DNA of 64,000 nt from an uncultured Chloroflexia bacterium (lineage in GTDB: Bacteria; Chloroflexota; Limnocylindria; Limnocylindrales; CSP1-4). The stretch covers positions 263,708-327,707 of the forward strand of contig CAVRAX010000001.1 of NCBI GenBank assembly GCA_963719145.1, read 5' to 3'. The stretch's first letter is position 1. Each line of letters begins with the position of its first letter. Both the position numbers and the translations under genes were made by a program. Of the stretch, positions 46,774-56,290 are shown in pieces. Under the pieces are notes generated by a model. That model was not told where the DNA came from. It worked only from the letters and a program-made list of their open reading frames with translations, and did not search any database.

Positions 46774-48696
46774 GTGGGCAAGAACGTCGCCGTCTTCGTG
46801 GACGTGGCGAACATCTTCTACGCGGCCAAGGCGGCCGGCGTGGACATCGATTACGTCACGCTGCTGAAGACGGCCTCGGCCGGGCGAGACCTCGTGCGCG
46901 CCTATGCGTACACCGGCCTGGACCCGGACAACGAGAACCAGCGCAACTTCCACGACTTCCTTCGGCGGCACGGCTACAAGGTCGTCAGCAAGGACATCCG
47001 GAAGTACGGCGACGGCAAGGTCAAGGCCAACCTCGACATCGAGCTCGTCGTCGACATGATGAAGACGGCCCGGAACCTCGACATCGCGATCGTGGTCTCC
47101 GGCGACGGTGACTTCGCGCCCGCCATCCGGGCGGTCCAGGAGATGGGTGTCCGCTGCGAGGTCATCAGCTTCCGCGGCAACACCTCCTCGGACCTCATCG
47201 AGGTCGCCGACCAGTTCACCGAGATCACCCAGGTCGCGAGGGTGGAGAAGGGGTCCTCGCGCTCCGGTCGCCGCGTTGCCGGCGACGAGGAGGACCTGTC
47301 GATGACAGAGGTTCCCGACAAGCAGAGCGAGGGGACCGGCGGCCGCGGCCGGGGCCGAGGCCGGGGACGCGCCCGCGTCGCCGAGGCGGAGCCCGCGGCG
47401 GCGCCGCGCGCTCGCGGACGATCGCGAGCCACGCCGGCCGCGTCGGCCACGTCGGCCGCTTCGGCACCCGCCGAGGCGATCGCCGCAGTGACGTCGGATG
47501 GGACACCCCTGGTGGTCCTGCCGGGCGAGAAGCTCTCGCGGGCCGCAACGCCGGCCTCGGAGCCGGTGGCGTCGGAGGCTCCGGATTCGGAGCCCGCCGA
47601 GGACCAGGACGCGGCCGTCGCGTCCGGTGACGACGACGGGGAGCCCATGGACGCCAACGGCGAAGAGCCTCGGCGCCGGCGACGACGGCGAGGCGGTCGT
47701 GGTCGTGGTCGTGGTCGGGGCCACGGATTCGATGAGGAAACCACCGTCGGCGCGACCGATCCCGGAGCTCTCGCGGACCCGGAAGACGAGGCACCCGAGC
47801 CGGCACCGGCGCCCGTCAAGCGATCCGGCCACGCCTTCGGTTCTGTCTGGGATTCCCAGATCGGCATGCCCACGTCGGCGGTCGGCGGCGCGCCGCCCCT
47901 GCCGGATGACGAGGACCTCGACGAACCGCCGATCCCCGAGTACCTGATCGCCGAGCGGCGCCAGCGCAACGGGGGCCGGGGTGGACCCGGCACAAGGACG
48001 GGCGGAGGTCGAAGCCGCGGCGCCTATGCCGCCGCTCTCGATCGAGAGCGATACGGCGCTGGCCATGGTGGCGGGGGAACCCGGTTCGCAGAGCCCGCTC
48101 CGCGCGGCGGGCGGAGCGACGACCGCTCCCGGGGCGGGCGCGTCGAGGACCGCGCCCGCGGCGATCGGGCCGCTCCTCGGCCGCCCGCTCGCGGCCGATC
48201 GGGCGACGAGCCCTGGAGCGAGGTACCGCCGGAGATCGAGGCGATGCTCCGGGCGCAGCTCGGCGGCTCGCCCGGCCAGGCGCCGCGGACCGCGCGGCCG
48301 ACGACCGAGCGGGCGGCGGTCGCTGCGGACGCCGTCGGGGCTGACGCGGTCGAGTCGCCGGCCGAAGCGACCGAGCCCGTGCCGGCCCCGCCGGAGGCCC
48401 CGACGCCGCGTCGACGGGCCACCCGGACGACGGCCAAGGCGGCGCCCACCGAGGCAGCCGAGGCTGTCGCGGCCACTCCGAAGCGACGGACGACCCGCAA
48501 GGCGGCCGCGGTGGCGACGCCCGCCGAGGCTCCCGCCGACGGCGACGCGGAGGCCACGGCTCCCCCGAAGCGACGGACGACGCGGAAGTCGGCGGCGAAC
48601 CCGGATGTCGGCGCCGATGGCGCGCCGCTCGAGGCCGCGGTCGCTGCGCCGAAGCGTCGCACGACCCGCAGAAAGGCCGACGCCCCCGAGTCCTGA
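46774..48696 (+). CDS. NYN/LabA-like (PIN-fold) domain protein with long disordered RG-rich region and C-terminal KRRTTRK repeats
   Basis: GTG start with AGGAGA RBS. N-terminus VAVFVDVANIFYAAKAAGVDIDYVTLL...IAIVVSGDGDFAPAIRAVQEMGVRCEVISF, a NYN domain. Then ~450 aa of low-complexity sequence with RGRGRGRGR runs and three PKRRTTRK(A/S) motifs. Confidence 0.7.
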   Translation: MGKNVAVFVDVANIFYAAKAAGVDIDYVTLLKTASAGRDLVRAYAYTGLDPDNENQRNFHDFLRRHGYKVVSKDIRKYGDGKVKANLDIELVVDMMKTARNLDIAIVVSGDGDFAPAIRAVQEMGVRCEVISFRGNTSSDLIEVADQFTEITQVARVEKGSSRSGRRVAGDEEDLSMTEVPDKQSEGTGGRGRGRGRGRARVAEAEPAAAPRARGRSRATPAASATSAASAPAEAIAAVTSDGTPLVVLPGEKLSRAATPASEPVASEAPDSEPAEDQDAAVASGDDDGEPMDANGEEPRRRRRRRGGRGRGRGRGHGFDEETTVGATDPGALADPEDEAPEPAPAPVKRSGHAFGSVWDSQIGMPTSAVGGAPPLPDDEDLDEPPIPEYLIAERRQRNGGRGGPGTRTGGGRSRGAYAAALDRERYGAGHGGGGTRFAEPAPRGGRSDDRSRGGRVEDRARGDRAAPRPPARGRSGDEPWSEVPPEIEAMLRAQLGGSPGQAPRTARPTTERAAVAADAVGADAVESPAEATEPVPAPPEAPTPRRRATRTTAKAAPTEAAEAVAATPKRRTTRKAAAVATPAEAPADGDAEATAPPKRRTTRKSAANPDVGADGAPLEAAVAAPKRRTTRRKADAPES

Positions 48697-48713
48697 ACGC
48701 GCCGCGAACGATC

Positions 48714-50003
48714 ATGGACGGCATGCGGACCCTCGGCCATCGGGGGGCGGTGGCCACGATCCAGGCGCTCCTGGCGTCAGGGTTTCCACATGCCGTCCTC
48801 CTCGCCGGTCCGTCGGGCGTCGGGAAGTCGACGCTCGCTCTCGATGTCGCTGCGGCGCTCCTTTGCACGGTCGGAGACGCGGCCTCGCGGCCCTGTCGAA
48901 CATGCCGGGGCTGTCGAATGGTCGAGCACGGCAATCATCCGGATCTGCATCGGCTCGCCCCTTCCGGCGCCAGCATGTCCATCCCGATCGGCGGGCGCGG
49001 GGAGCGTGGCGTCCGCGACCTGGTGGGGGAGTTGGCGCTCCTGCCGGTCGAGGGCGGAGCGCGGGTGGCGATCATCGAGGCCGCCGACCGCATGCCGGAG
49101 GACGCCCAGTCTGCCCTGCTCAAGACCCTGGAGGAGCCGCCCACGGGGACGACGATCCTGCTGTGCGCCGACGGCGAGGAGCGCCTCCTGCCGACGATTC
49201 GGTCGCGCTGCATCCGGGTCCGGCTGGGCCCGCTCGGGATTCGCGATGTCGAGGCCGTCCTCACCCAGCGGGGAGTCGCAGATCCTCCGACCGCGGCCCG
49301 CCTGGCCCGGATCGTCGACGGGCGACCCGGGCACGCAATCGCCTACGCTCTCGCGCCCGGCGCGGCCCGGGTCCGGGGCGAGATTGCGAGGGGCCTCCTC
49401 GACCTGCTCGACGCCCGGCTGACGGAGCGCCTGACCGGGATCCGCGATCTCGCCGGTCGCGCGGCCGACCTCGCCCGCGACCTCGAGGCCGGAGCCGCTC
49501 GGGCCGCGCAGGCCGAGTCGATGGACGGCGGACCCCCCGGCGGCTCCAGGGATCCAGCTGAGACGCGACGGAAGCGTTCGGGCGGGCGGTCGAGGGCCGG
49601 CGCCGGTGACGGCGATCCGGCACGTGGGGAGGCGCCGGGCACGGGCGATGGCCCTCGATCCGCCGCCGACGCCGACCCGGCAGCCGCGGAGGTCTCCCCG
49701 GCGGATGCGCCGGCGCGCGTCCCGGCCGCCGAGCGGCGGCGCGGCGCACTCACGCTCGTCGCCGTCTGGCGGGCGGTCCTCCGCGACCTGGCCGTGTCGG
49801 GAAGCGACGCCGCGGCCTCAGTCCGGGACATGGACCTGCTGGAGGACCTCAGGGCTGTCTCGGGGCGGCTCTCCCCGGCGGAGGCGGGCAGGATCCTCCG
49901 CGAGCTCGACGTGGCCGGCGAGCGTCTCGAGGGCAATGTCAGCCCGGAGCTCGTGCTCGACGTCCTCGCCCTCCGCTGGGTCGCCGGCGCGCGAGCCGCA
50001 TGA
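48714..50003 (+). CDS. holB: DNA polymerase III delta-prime subunit
   Basis: HAVLLAGPSGVGKSTLALDVAAALLC...CRTCRGCRMVEHGNHPDL...ALLKTLEEPP...IRSRC. Confidence 0.85.
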   Translation: MDGMRTLGHRGAVATIQALLASGFPHAVLLAGPSGVGKSTLALDVAAALLCTVGDAASRPCRTCRGCRMVEHGNHPDLHRLAPSGASMSIPIGGRGERGVRDLVGELALLPVEGGARVAIIEAADRMPEDAQSALLKTLEEPPTGTTILLCADGEERLLPTIRSRCIRVRLGPLGIRDVEAVLTQRGVADPPTAARLARIVDGRPGHAIAYALAPGAARVRGEIARGLLDLLDARLTERLTGIRDLAGRAADLARDLEAGAARAAQAESMDGGPPGGSRDPAETRRKRSGGRSRAGAGDGDPARGEAPGTGDGPRSAADADPAAAEVSPADAPARVPAAERRRGALTLVAVWRAVLRDLAVSGSDAAASVRDMDLLEDLRAVSGRLSPAEAGRILRELDVAGERLEGNVSPELVLDVLALRWVAGARAA

Positions 50004-50320
50004 ACGAGCCCGGGCCGGCGCCCGACGCGGCGCGTCGCCTCGACGCCGTCGTCCGCGGCCGTGTCCAGGGCGTGGGCTATCGCGTCTTCGTCCTTCGGGC
50101 GGCCATGGAGCTCGGGCTCACCGGCTGGGTGGCGAACCTGCCGGACGGCGCCGTCCGCTGCGTCGCCGAGGGCGACCCAGCTGCCCTCGAGGCCCTCGAG
50201 GAGCGCCTCCGGCGAGGGCCGGCCTCGGCCTTCGTCGACCAGGTCCTGGCGGCATGGCCGCCGGCAACGGGAGAGTTCCGGTCGTTCGAGCTGCGCTCGG
50301 GCTGGCACGGCGGCGACTGA
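50000..50320 (+). CDS. acyP: Acylphosphatase
   Basis: VRGRVQGVGYRVFVLRAAMELGLTGWVANLPDGAV...GPASAFVDQV; overlaps the holB stop (ATGA). Confidence 0.8.
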   Translation: MNEPGPAPDAARRLDAVVRGRVQGVGYRVFVLRAAMELGLTGWVANLPDGAVRCVAEGDPAALEALEERLRRGPASAFVDQVLAAWPPATGEFRSFELRSGWHGGD

Positions 50321-50510
50321 GCCCGGCGGCGACGGAGCCCGACGATGACGGAGCCCGACGGCGACGGAGCCCGACGATGACCGAGCCCGACGGCGACGGA
50401 GCCCGACGATGACCGAGCCCGACGGCGACGGAGCCCGACGATGACCGAGCCCGACGGCGACGGAGCCCGACGATGACGGAGCCCGACGATGACTGAGCCC
50501 GTCGGGGCCA
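50318..50510. repeat. Intergenic 16-bp tandem repeat, 12 copies (GAGCCCGACGRYGACN), alternating GC/AT variants
   Basis: GAGCC recurs at exactly 16-bp spacing from 50319 to 50495. The first unit includes the acyP TGA stop. The array fills the convergent gap between acyP and the SDR gene. The period is not a multiple of 3. Confidence 0.9.
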
Positions 50511-50522
50511 ACGGTTCGGGAG

Positions 50523-51314
50523 CTACGGAAGGCCCATCACGATCCCGCCGTCGATCGTGGTGAACGTCCCCGTCTGGTAGCTTGCCGGCTCCGAGCACAG
50601 CCAGGCCACGTACGCTGCGAACTCATCGGGTCGGCCATATCGCCCGGCCGGGATCGAGGCCAGGTGGGCAGCCCGGACCTCGTCGACCGAGCGGCCGGAC
50701 CGCTCCGCTGCGGCCCGATCGAGCTGCTCGATCCGCGGCGTGGCGTGCCTTCCCGGCAGGGCCCCGTTCACCGTCACGCCGTCGGCGGCGACGGTCCGGG
50801 CGACGGTCTTGAGCCAGCCTACCAGGGCGCTGCGCCCGGCATTCGAGTACGACAGCTCCTCGACGGGCTGGCGAACGGTGTAGGAGATGATCGCGACGAC
50901 CCGGCCCCACCCTCGTTCCCGCATCTCCGGCAGGAGCGCCGTCGCCAGCTCGATCGGCGAGGTGGCCAGGAGCTGGAACGCGGCGGCCCATCCGGTCGGG
51001 TTCGTGGCCGCCGGGTCGACCGGCGGCGGACCGCCGGCGTTGAGGACGGCGATGTCGATCCCGCCGAGGGCCTCGGCCGCCGCCGCGGCGAGGGCTCGCG
51101 GCGCAGCCGGCTCGGCGAGGTCGGCCGGGATCCCCACGGCGCGGACGCCGTGCCGCGCGGTCAGGTCGGCGGCGAGGCCGGCGAGGACGTCCGCGCGCCG
51201 GGCTGTGACGACGACGTCACAGCCCTCGGCCGCGAGACGCTCGGCGACCGCCCGACCGAGCCCGCTCGAGGCGCCCCCGACGAGCGCCCGTCGCCCGCGG
51301 ATCCCGAGGTCCAT
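50523..51314 (-). CDS. SDR-family oxidoreductase
   Basis: Start at MDLGIRGRRALVGGASSGLGRAVAERLAAEG (ATG rc at 51312-51314); TGxxxGxG and NAG motifs; catalytic YSNAGRSALVGWLK. Confidence 0.8.
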   Translation of the reverse strand: MDLGIRGRRALVGGASSGLGRAVAERLAAEGCDVVVTARRADVLAGLAADLTARHGVRAVGIPADLAEPAAPRALAAAAAEALGGIDIAVLNAGGPPPVDPAATNPTGWAAAFQLLATSPIELATALLPEMRERGWGRVVAIISYTVRQPVEELSYSNAGRSALVGWLKTVARTVAADGVTVNGALPGRHATPRIEQLDRAAAERSGRSVDEVRAAHLASIPAGRYGRPDEFAAYVAWLCSEPASYQTGTFTTIDGGIVMGLP

Positions 51315-51438
51315 TCGTGAGTGCCTCCCACGCCGTCTCCAACGGGTCGGAGCGTACATCCGGCCGGCCGAATGCCTGTCGCCGCATGGGACGAGCGGGC
51401 TATTCCCGATCGGGGGCCTCGCGCGCATCCTCGGGACT

Positions 51439-51708
51439 GTGGAAGGCACCTCCGTGGCGAGCGAGCTGCCGGAGCTCTATCGGGCAGTCCTCGAGAGGGT
51501 CGGCTCCCTGGAGCTGACTGGCCGCCGGCGTGAGGGCCACCTCATCCGGCGCGAGGCCATCGCCGCCTACTCGCGAGCCTGGGACGACGTCGCATTCCGA
51601 CGCCTCGAGCAGCTTCGCGTCCGGGCCGAACGTGCCCTCGACGGGGCGGAGCGACCGCGGGCCGACCGCCTTCCCCGGCTTCCGGCGCGAGGCCCCGGGA
51701 CCGTCTGA
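51439..51708 (+). CDS. Hypothetical small protein (weak call)
   Basis: Possible GTG start inside track ORF 50887..51708; charged, helical-looking sequence; precedes the 51762 gene. Confidence 0.2.
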   Translation: MEGTSVASELPELYRAVLERVGSLELTGRRREGHLIRREAIAAYSRAWDDVAFRRLEQLRVRAERALDGAERPRADRLPRLPARGPGTV

Positions 51709-51761
51709 CCCGGCCACCCGCCTGCCGTCGGCCCCGACCGCGGGCGGGGTACGCTTCCGCC

Positions 51762-52097
51762 ATGCCCGACACTCTCGAGCTCGCCGAGCGCGTGGTCGCC
51801 GCGATCAGCCGGCTGGTCGAACGGGCCGAATTGGTCGAGGATGAATGGATCTACATCCACGATCTCGAGACAGTCTGGGTCGCTCGCCTGCGGGCGGTCG
51901 CGGCGGCCCGATCCGTCGCCGCTGCCGACGGTGACCCGGCGGCGGGACTGTCGCCCGCGGCCGCGGAGGGACTCGAAATCGCCCTCGACCGGCTCGTGGC
52001 GGAGGCCGACCTCGTCGCCGATCCGCATCGCGCGATCGACTGGCTGTCGACGGTGCCCCAGGCCGCGCTCGTCGCTCTCCGTGAGGTCGCCTGGTGA
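51762..52097 (+). CDS. Hypothetical protein (111 aa)
   Basis: ATG start; the stop overlaps the next gene (ATGA). Confidence 0.4.
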   Translation: MPDTLELAERVVAAISRLVERAELVEDEWIYIHDLETVWVARLRAVAAARSVAAADGDPAAGLSPAAAEGLEIALDRLVAEADLVADPHRAIDWLSTVPQAALVALREVAW

Positions 52098-52801
52098 GGT
52101 TCCAGGACGCGGCGCGGGATGCCCGGGCGGTCGTCTACGCGGGGATCCAGGCGGACCTCCTCGTCGCGCGGGCGGCGGCCCTCCTGGCCGATGCGACCCC
52201 GGCCCAGCGGGTGCTCGCCCGGGCGGTGATGAACGGCGAGTCCACGGCCGCCGACACTTGGCGGGCGATGTTCCCGTCCCTGTTCGGGTCCACCACGCCC
52301 ACCGGGAGCGACGATGAGCGCCGCCGTTCGGAGGAGATCCTCGCGGCATCCCTCGAGGTCGCCGGGCGGGGCGAGCAGGTCCGCAGCCAGTTCCGCGGGG
52401 CGATCGTGGAGGCCGTCACCGTGCGTCTCCTCGCCCGCCGCGTCGATGCGGCCGCGATCCGCCGCGAGCGCCGCATCCTGTTCGATGGGGTCCAGGCCGA
52501 GATCCACCCCTACGACGTGACCGTCGAGGTCCCGGGGGCCGCCGAAGCCTACGACTGCAAGTGGGGCGCGCGAGGCATCTCCGCGGACGTGCTGCACCAG
52601 TTGGACGACGCGCGGGCCAACGCAGCCGCCGAGGGCGAGCGCCTCCTGCCGGTGCTGGTCGTCTTCGACGCTCGCCGCTCGTGCGAGGTTCGTCTGGCCC
52701 GCCAGACGGCACCTCGCGCCGGAACGCGGCTCGTGACCCTCGAGACGCTCGACCGGCTCGCCGGCCGGGGAGTCGGGACAGCGGCCCGGCCATCGACATG
52801 A
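52094..52801 (+). CDS. Hypothetical protein (235 aa), possible PD-(D/E)xK-like core
   Basis: HPYDVTVEVPGAAEAYDCKWGARGI...LLPVLVVFD pattern; translationally coupled to its flanking genes by ATGA overlaps. Confidence 0.4.
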   Translation: MRFQDAARDARAVVYAGIQADLLVARAAALLADATPAQRVLARAVMNGESTAADTWRAMFPSLFGSTTPTGSDDERRRSEEILAASLEVAGRGEQVRSQFRGAIVEAVTVRLLARRVDAAAIRRERRILFDGVQAEIHPYDVTVEVPGAAEAYDCKWGARGISADVLHQLDDARANAAAEGERLLPVLVVFDARRSCEVRLARQTAPRAGTRLVTLETLDRLAGRGVGTAARPST

Positions 52802-53688
52802 GCGACCGTGAGGGCGGTAGCGCCGGCGGCCCGCAGCGCACCGTGATCGGCGCCGGGATGGCGGCGACCGCCGGCCCGGAATCTTCCAAGCAGGCCGCCT
52901 CACTCGATCCCGGCCTCGCCGGCCGGCAGGATCGACCGATCGCCGGGCTCGACAACGGCTTCGTGGCCGGCTACCGCGTTCGGTTCGACGAGGCCGGAGC
53001 CGATGGGCTGATGCGGACGTCGGCCCTCCTGCGTTATGCCCAGGACGTGGCCTGGCGCCATTCCGAGGACCTCGGCTTCGATCGCGGCTGGTACATGGAG
53101 CGAGGTCTCTGGTGGGTCGTCCGGTCGGTCGAGCTCGAGGTCGTCGCCCCCGTGGCCATGGGCCGGACGCTCCGGGTCTCGACGGCCGTGATCGGCCATC
53201 GCCGGATCTGGGCCCGCCGGCGAGGTGAGTTCCGGCTTCCGGACGGAGCGATCGCCGCGGTCGCGACGACCGACTGGGTGATCGTCGACGAGCGTGGCCG
53301 GATCATCCGGATCCCGGGCGACTTCGGCCACGCCTTCCCCAATGTCGAGCTCGAGGGCGACATCATCCGGGTCGCTCCGCCACCGGCCGCGCGGGACGCC
53401 TCCCGGCTGGCCTTCCACGTTCGGCCCCAGGACCTCGACCCGATGGGCCACGTGAACAACGCCGTCTACCTGGACTGGCTCGAGGAGGCCGTCGCGTCGG
53501 CCGGCGCAGCGGATCTCACGACCGCGATCCCCCGCCGGATCGCCCTCGAGTACGCGGCGTCGGCCGGACCGGGCGAAGAGCTCGAGGCGCTCGCCTGGCG
53601 GAGCGACGCCGGCTGGTGGGTTCGCCTCCGGCGGGCTGCCGATGGCACGGACCTGCTCCGGGCCCGCGTGGCCGTCGAATTGGGCTGA
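52798..53688 (+). CDS. Acyl-ACP thioesterase-like protein (tandem hotdog)
   Basis: ATG at 52798; two hotdog halves (YRVRFDEAGADGLMRTSALLRYAQDVAWRH...WVVRSVELEVV; FHVRPQDLDPMGHVNNAVYLDWLEEAV). Confidence 0.6.
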   Translation: MSDREGGSAGGPQRTVIGAGMAATAGPESSKQAASLDPGLAGRQDRPIAGLDNGFVAGYRVRFDEAGADGLMRTSALLRYAQDVAWRHSEDLGFDRGWYMERGLWWVVRSVELEVVAPVAMGRTLRVSTAVIGHRRIWARRRGEFRLPDGAIAAVATTDWVIVDERGRIIRIPGDFGHAFPNVELEGDIIRVAPPPAARDASRLAFHVRPQDLDPMGHVNNAVYLDWLEEAVASAGAADLTTAIPRRIALEYAASAGPGEELEALAWRSDAGWWVRLRRAADGTDLLRARVAVELG

Positions 53689-53804
53689 TCGTCCCCCCCG
53701 CGGCGCCGGTCACGGTCGGGCGATTCGGCCCCCCGCGACCGATCCAGTGGCCGTGGCGCGCGCGATCTGCCGGATGCAGATTTCCCGGCACTGGAGGTGC
53801 CCAC

Positions 53805-54044
53805 GTGATCCTCTACTCGCTCGGCCGCAACGGCGGCCGGATCATCATCGGCGTGACCCTGCTCCTGGTCGGCGGTTACTACTTCCTGCGCAACACCCTC
53901 GGCCTCGATCTCGGCGATCTCGACGAGGACGCCATCTGGCCGGTGATCGTGCTGGCCCTCGGCGCCTGGATCGTCTTCCGAGGCCTGACCCCTCACATCG
54001 ACCCTCGCGTCAACGACGAGCCGCGGGCCGACGTTCCGCGCTGA
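53805..54044 (+). CDS. Hypothetical small membrane protein
   Basis: GTG start at 53805 (VILYSLGRNGGRIIIGVTLLLVGGYYFL...IWPVIVLALGAWIVF); two TM helices. An inverted repeat ATCTGCcggatGCAGAT lies at 53765-53781 just upstream. Confidence 0.35.
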   Translation: MILYSLGRNGGRIIIGVTLLLVGGYYFLRNTLGLDLGDLDEDAIWPVIVLALGAWIVFRGLTPHIDPRVNDEPRADVPR

Positions 54045-54284
54045 GGAGCGCTCCCGCGTTGACCGCCGGGACCCAGCGATCTGCCCGGATCTCACGGACC
54101 GCTGGTACCGCTTCCCGGCCGGCGATCACCGGCTGAAGCGCCCGCGATCGAGCCGGTCGCCGGGAGGGCGATTCTTCGGGCGAAAGATGGGCCGGTCAGC
54201 ACTGATCGCGATCGGCATCGCCGCAAATACTCATCCGGTCCCAAACGTCGGTTCCCAGGCAGTTGGCGTCCCGAAGGATGCCCA

Positions 54285-55460
54285 ATGCACTACCTGCGCA
54301 ATCTCGGTCGGCGGAAGGTCCGAACCACGCTGACCATCCTCGGGATCACCATCGGGATCTGGGCCCTCGTGGTGTTCGGCTCCATGGCCAACAAGATCAG
54401 CGCCCTCGTCGAGGGCGGCAGCTCCTACTACGCGGACAAGCTGTCGCTGAGCGACCAGTCGGGCTCGCAGGGCGGATTCTCGAGCGCGCCGATGTCGCTC
54501 TCGACGGCCGACCTGGTCCGGAAGGTCGACGGCGTCGCCGCCGTCACGCCCGCGATCATGATGCTGATGGACGACCAGGTGGCGACGGTGAACATGGGCG
54601 TCCCGCCGATGATCACCGCCTCGGTCGCGGGCTCGGATGAGGGCCACGAGAGCTTTGGCCTGAACTACGCCGAGGGCCGGGGCCTGGCGGCCGCGGATGA
54701 GGGCCAGCACGTCGCCGTCCTCGGATCCGACATCGCCCGGAAGTACGACAAGCACGCCGGCGACACGATCGTGCTCAAGAGCGAGATCTTCGAGGTCGTG
54801 GGGATCCTGGAACCGACCCTGACCGCGCCGGACCAGGCCGCGTCGATTCCGTTCGACATCGCCCAGGAGATGTTCGTCGGCACCCTCCCACCGGTCATCC
54901 AGCAGCAGCTCAACCCGGCGGACCTGGCGACGTCGATGACGGTCTATCCGGAGGCGGGCGTCGATCCCGAGGTGCTCGCCACCCGCATCGAGACCCAGAT
55001 CCCGAGCGTGGCGGCGATGACCGGCAAGGACTTCGACCAGCAGATCGGGTCGGCCACGGGGATCCTCAACTCGATCCTCATCGGGATCGCCCTCATCAGC
55101 CTCGCCGTCGGCGGCCTGTCCGTAGTCAACACGATGGCGATGTCGATCGCCGAGCGGACCCGCGAGATCGGGATCAAGCGCGCCATCGGCGGGAGTCGCA
55201 CCCGGATCGTGCGCGAGCTCGTCACCGAGTCGGCCCTGATCGGCTTCGTGGGCGGTGGAATTGGGCTGATCCTCGGGGCCGTCGTCGTCGTCATCGCCAA
55301 CGAGGCAGGTCGGACGTCCGGGACAGTCCTCTTCGAGCTGACGCCCGGGACCGCCGTCACGGCGGTGGCGTTCGCCACCATCCTCGGTGCCCTCGCCGGC
55401 TTCGTCCCCGCCCTCCACGCGGCCCGGCTCGATCCGGTCGCCGCCCTGCGTTACGAATGA
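54285..55460 (+). CDS. ABC transporter permease, FtsX/MacB-like (4 TM with large extracytoplasmic domain)
   Basis: N-terminal TM, ~230-aa periplasmic domain, C-terminal FtsX fold (ERTREIGIKRAIGGSRTRIVRELVTESALIG). Confidence 0.85.
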   Translation: MHYLRNLGRRKVRTTLTILGITIGIWALVVFGSMANKISALVEGGSSYYADKLSLSDQSGSQGGFSSAPMSLSTADLVRKVDGVAAVTPAIMMLMDDQVATVNMGVPPMITASVAGSDEGHESFGLNYAEGRGLAAADEGQHVAVLGSDIARKYDKHAGDTIVLKSEIFEVVGILEPTLTAPDQAASIPFDIAQEMFVGTLPPVIQQQLNPADLATSMTVYPEAGVDPEVLATRIETQIPSVAAMTGKDFDQQIGSATGILNSILIGIALISLAVGGLSVVNTMAMSIAERTREIGIKRAIGGSRTRIVRELVTESALIGFVGGGIGLILGAVVVVIANEAGRTSGTVLFELTPGTAVTAVAFATILGALAGFVPALHAARLDPVAALRYE

Positions 55461-56290
55461 ACCGCCAGCCGACAGCCGGAGACCGACCGATGCCCCTCCT
55501 CGAAGCCCACAACCTCCGCAAGACCTATCGGCTCAGCAAGCGCAATGTCGTCTTCGCCTTGCGCGGCGTCGACATCTCGATCGAGCCGGGCGAGATGGTC
55601 GCGATCATGGGACCGTCCGGGTCCGGCAAGAGCACCCTGATGCACATTCTCGGCCTGCTCCACGGGCCGGACATGGACAACGGGCCCCGACCGAGCCTCG
55701 CCTTCGACGGCCGTGACATGGTCGACATGGGCGAGGACGAGCGGACGAGGATCCGAGCCCGCCAGATGGGCTTCGTCTTCCAGGACTTCAACCTCGTGCC
55801 GACCCTCACGGCGCTCGAGAACGTCATGCTCGCCTGCGACTACGCGGGCGTCGGTGGGGCGGTCGCGAAGTCCCGGGCCGTCGAGGCCCTCGCCCTCGTG
55901 GAGCTCGCCGATCGGGCCGATCACCGGCCGGCCGAGCTCTCGGGCGGCGAGCAGCAGCGGGTGGCAATCGCGCGGGCGCTCGTCAACAAGCCCGCGTTGA
56001 TTCTGGCCGACGAGCCGACCGGCAACCTCGATTCCGAGCGGACCGAGGACGTCCTCGGGCTCCTCCGGGAGTTCAACCGGCGAGAGGGCCAGACGTTCGT
56101 GCTCGTGACCCACGAGCCCGACGTGGGCCTGGCCTGCGATCGCGTGATCCGGATGCGGGACGGCACGATCCGTGAGGAGATCCGGGCGTCGGCCCAGCCG
56201 CCGGCCGGGCTGGGGCCCGAGCTCGAGCGGATCCCGAGGCCGGAGGTCGCACCGGAGCCTGCGGTGCCGGAATCCGCGGTCGCCGGCTGA
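55457..56290 (+). CDS. ABC transporter ATP-binding protein (MacB/LolD-like)
   Basis: GPSGSGKSTLMHIL, LSGGEQQRVAIARAL, ILADEPTGNLD; overlaps the permease stop (ATGA). Confidence 0.9.
   Translation: MNRQPTAGDRPMPLLEAHNLRKTYRLSKRNVVFALRGVDISIEPGEMVAIMGPSGSGKSTLMHILGLLHGPDMDNGPRPSLAFDGRDMVDMGEDERTRIRARQMGFVFQDFNLVPTLTALENVMLACDYAGVGGAVAKSRAVEALALVELADRADHRPAELSGGEQQRVAIARALVNKPALILADEPTGNLDSERTEDVLGLLREFNRREGQTFVLVTHEPDVGLACDRVIRMRDGTIREEIRASAQPPAGLGPELERIPRPEVAPEPAVPESAVAG

Noticed and set aside
50318-50510. 16-bp tandem repeat considered as a possible CRISPR array or coding repeat
   Set aside because: There are no spacers (pure tandem array) and the unit is too short for a CRISPR repeat. The period of 16 is not a multiple of 3, and reading through hits a stop within two units. 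No cas genes nearby.
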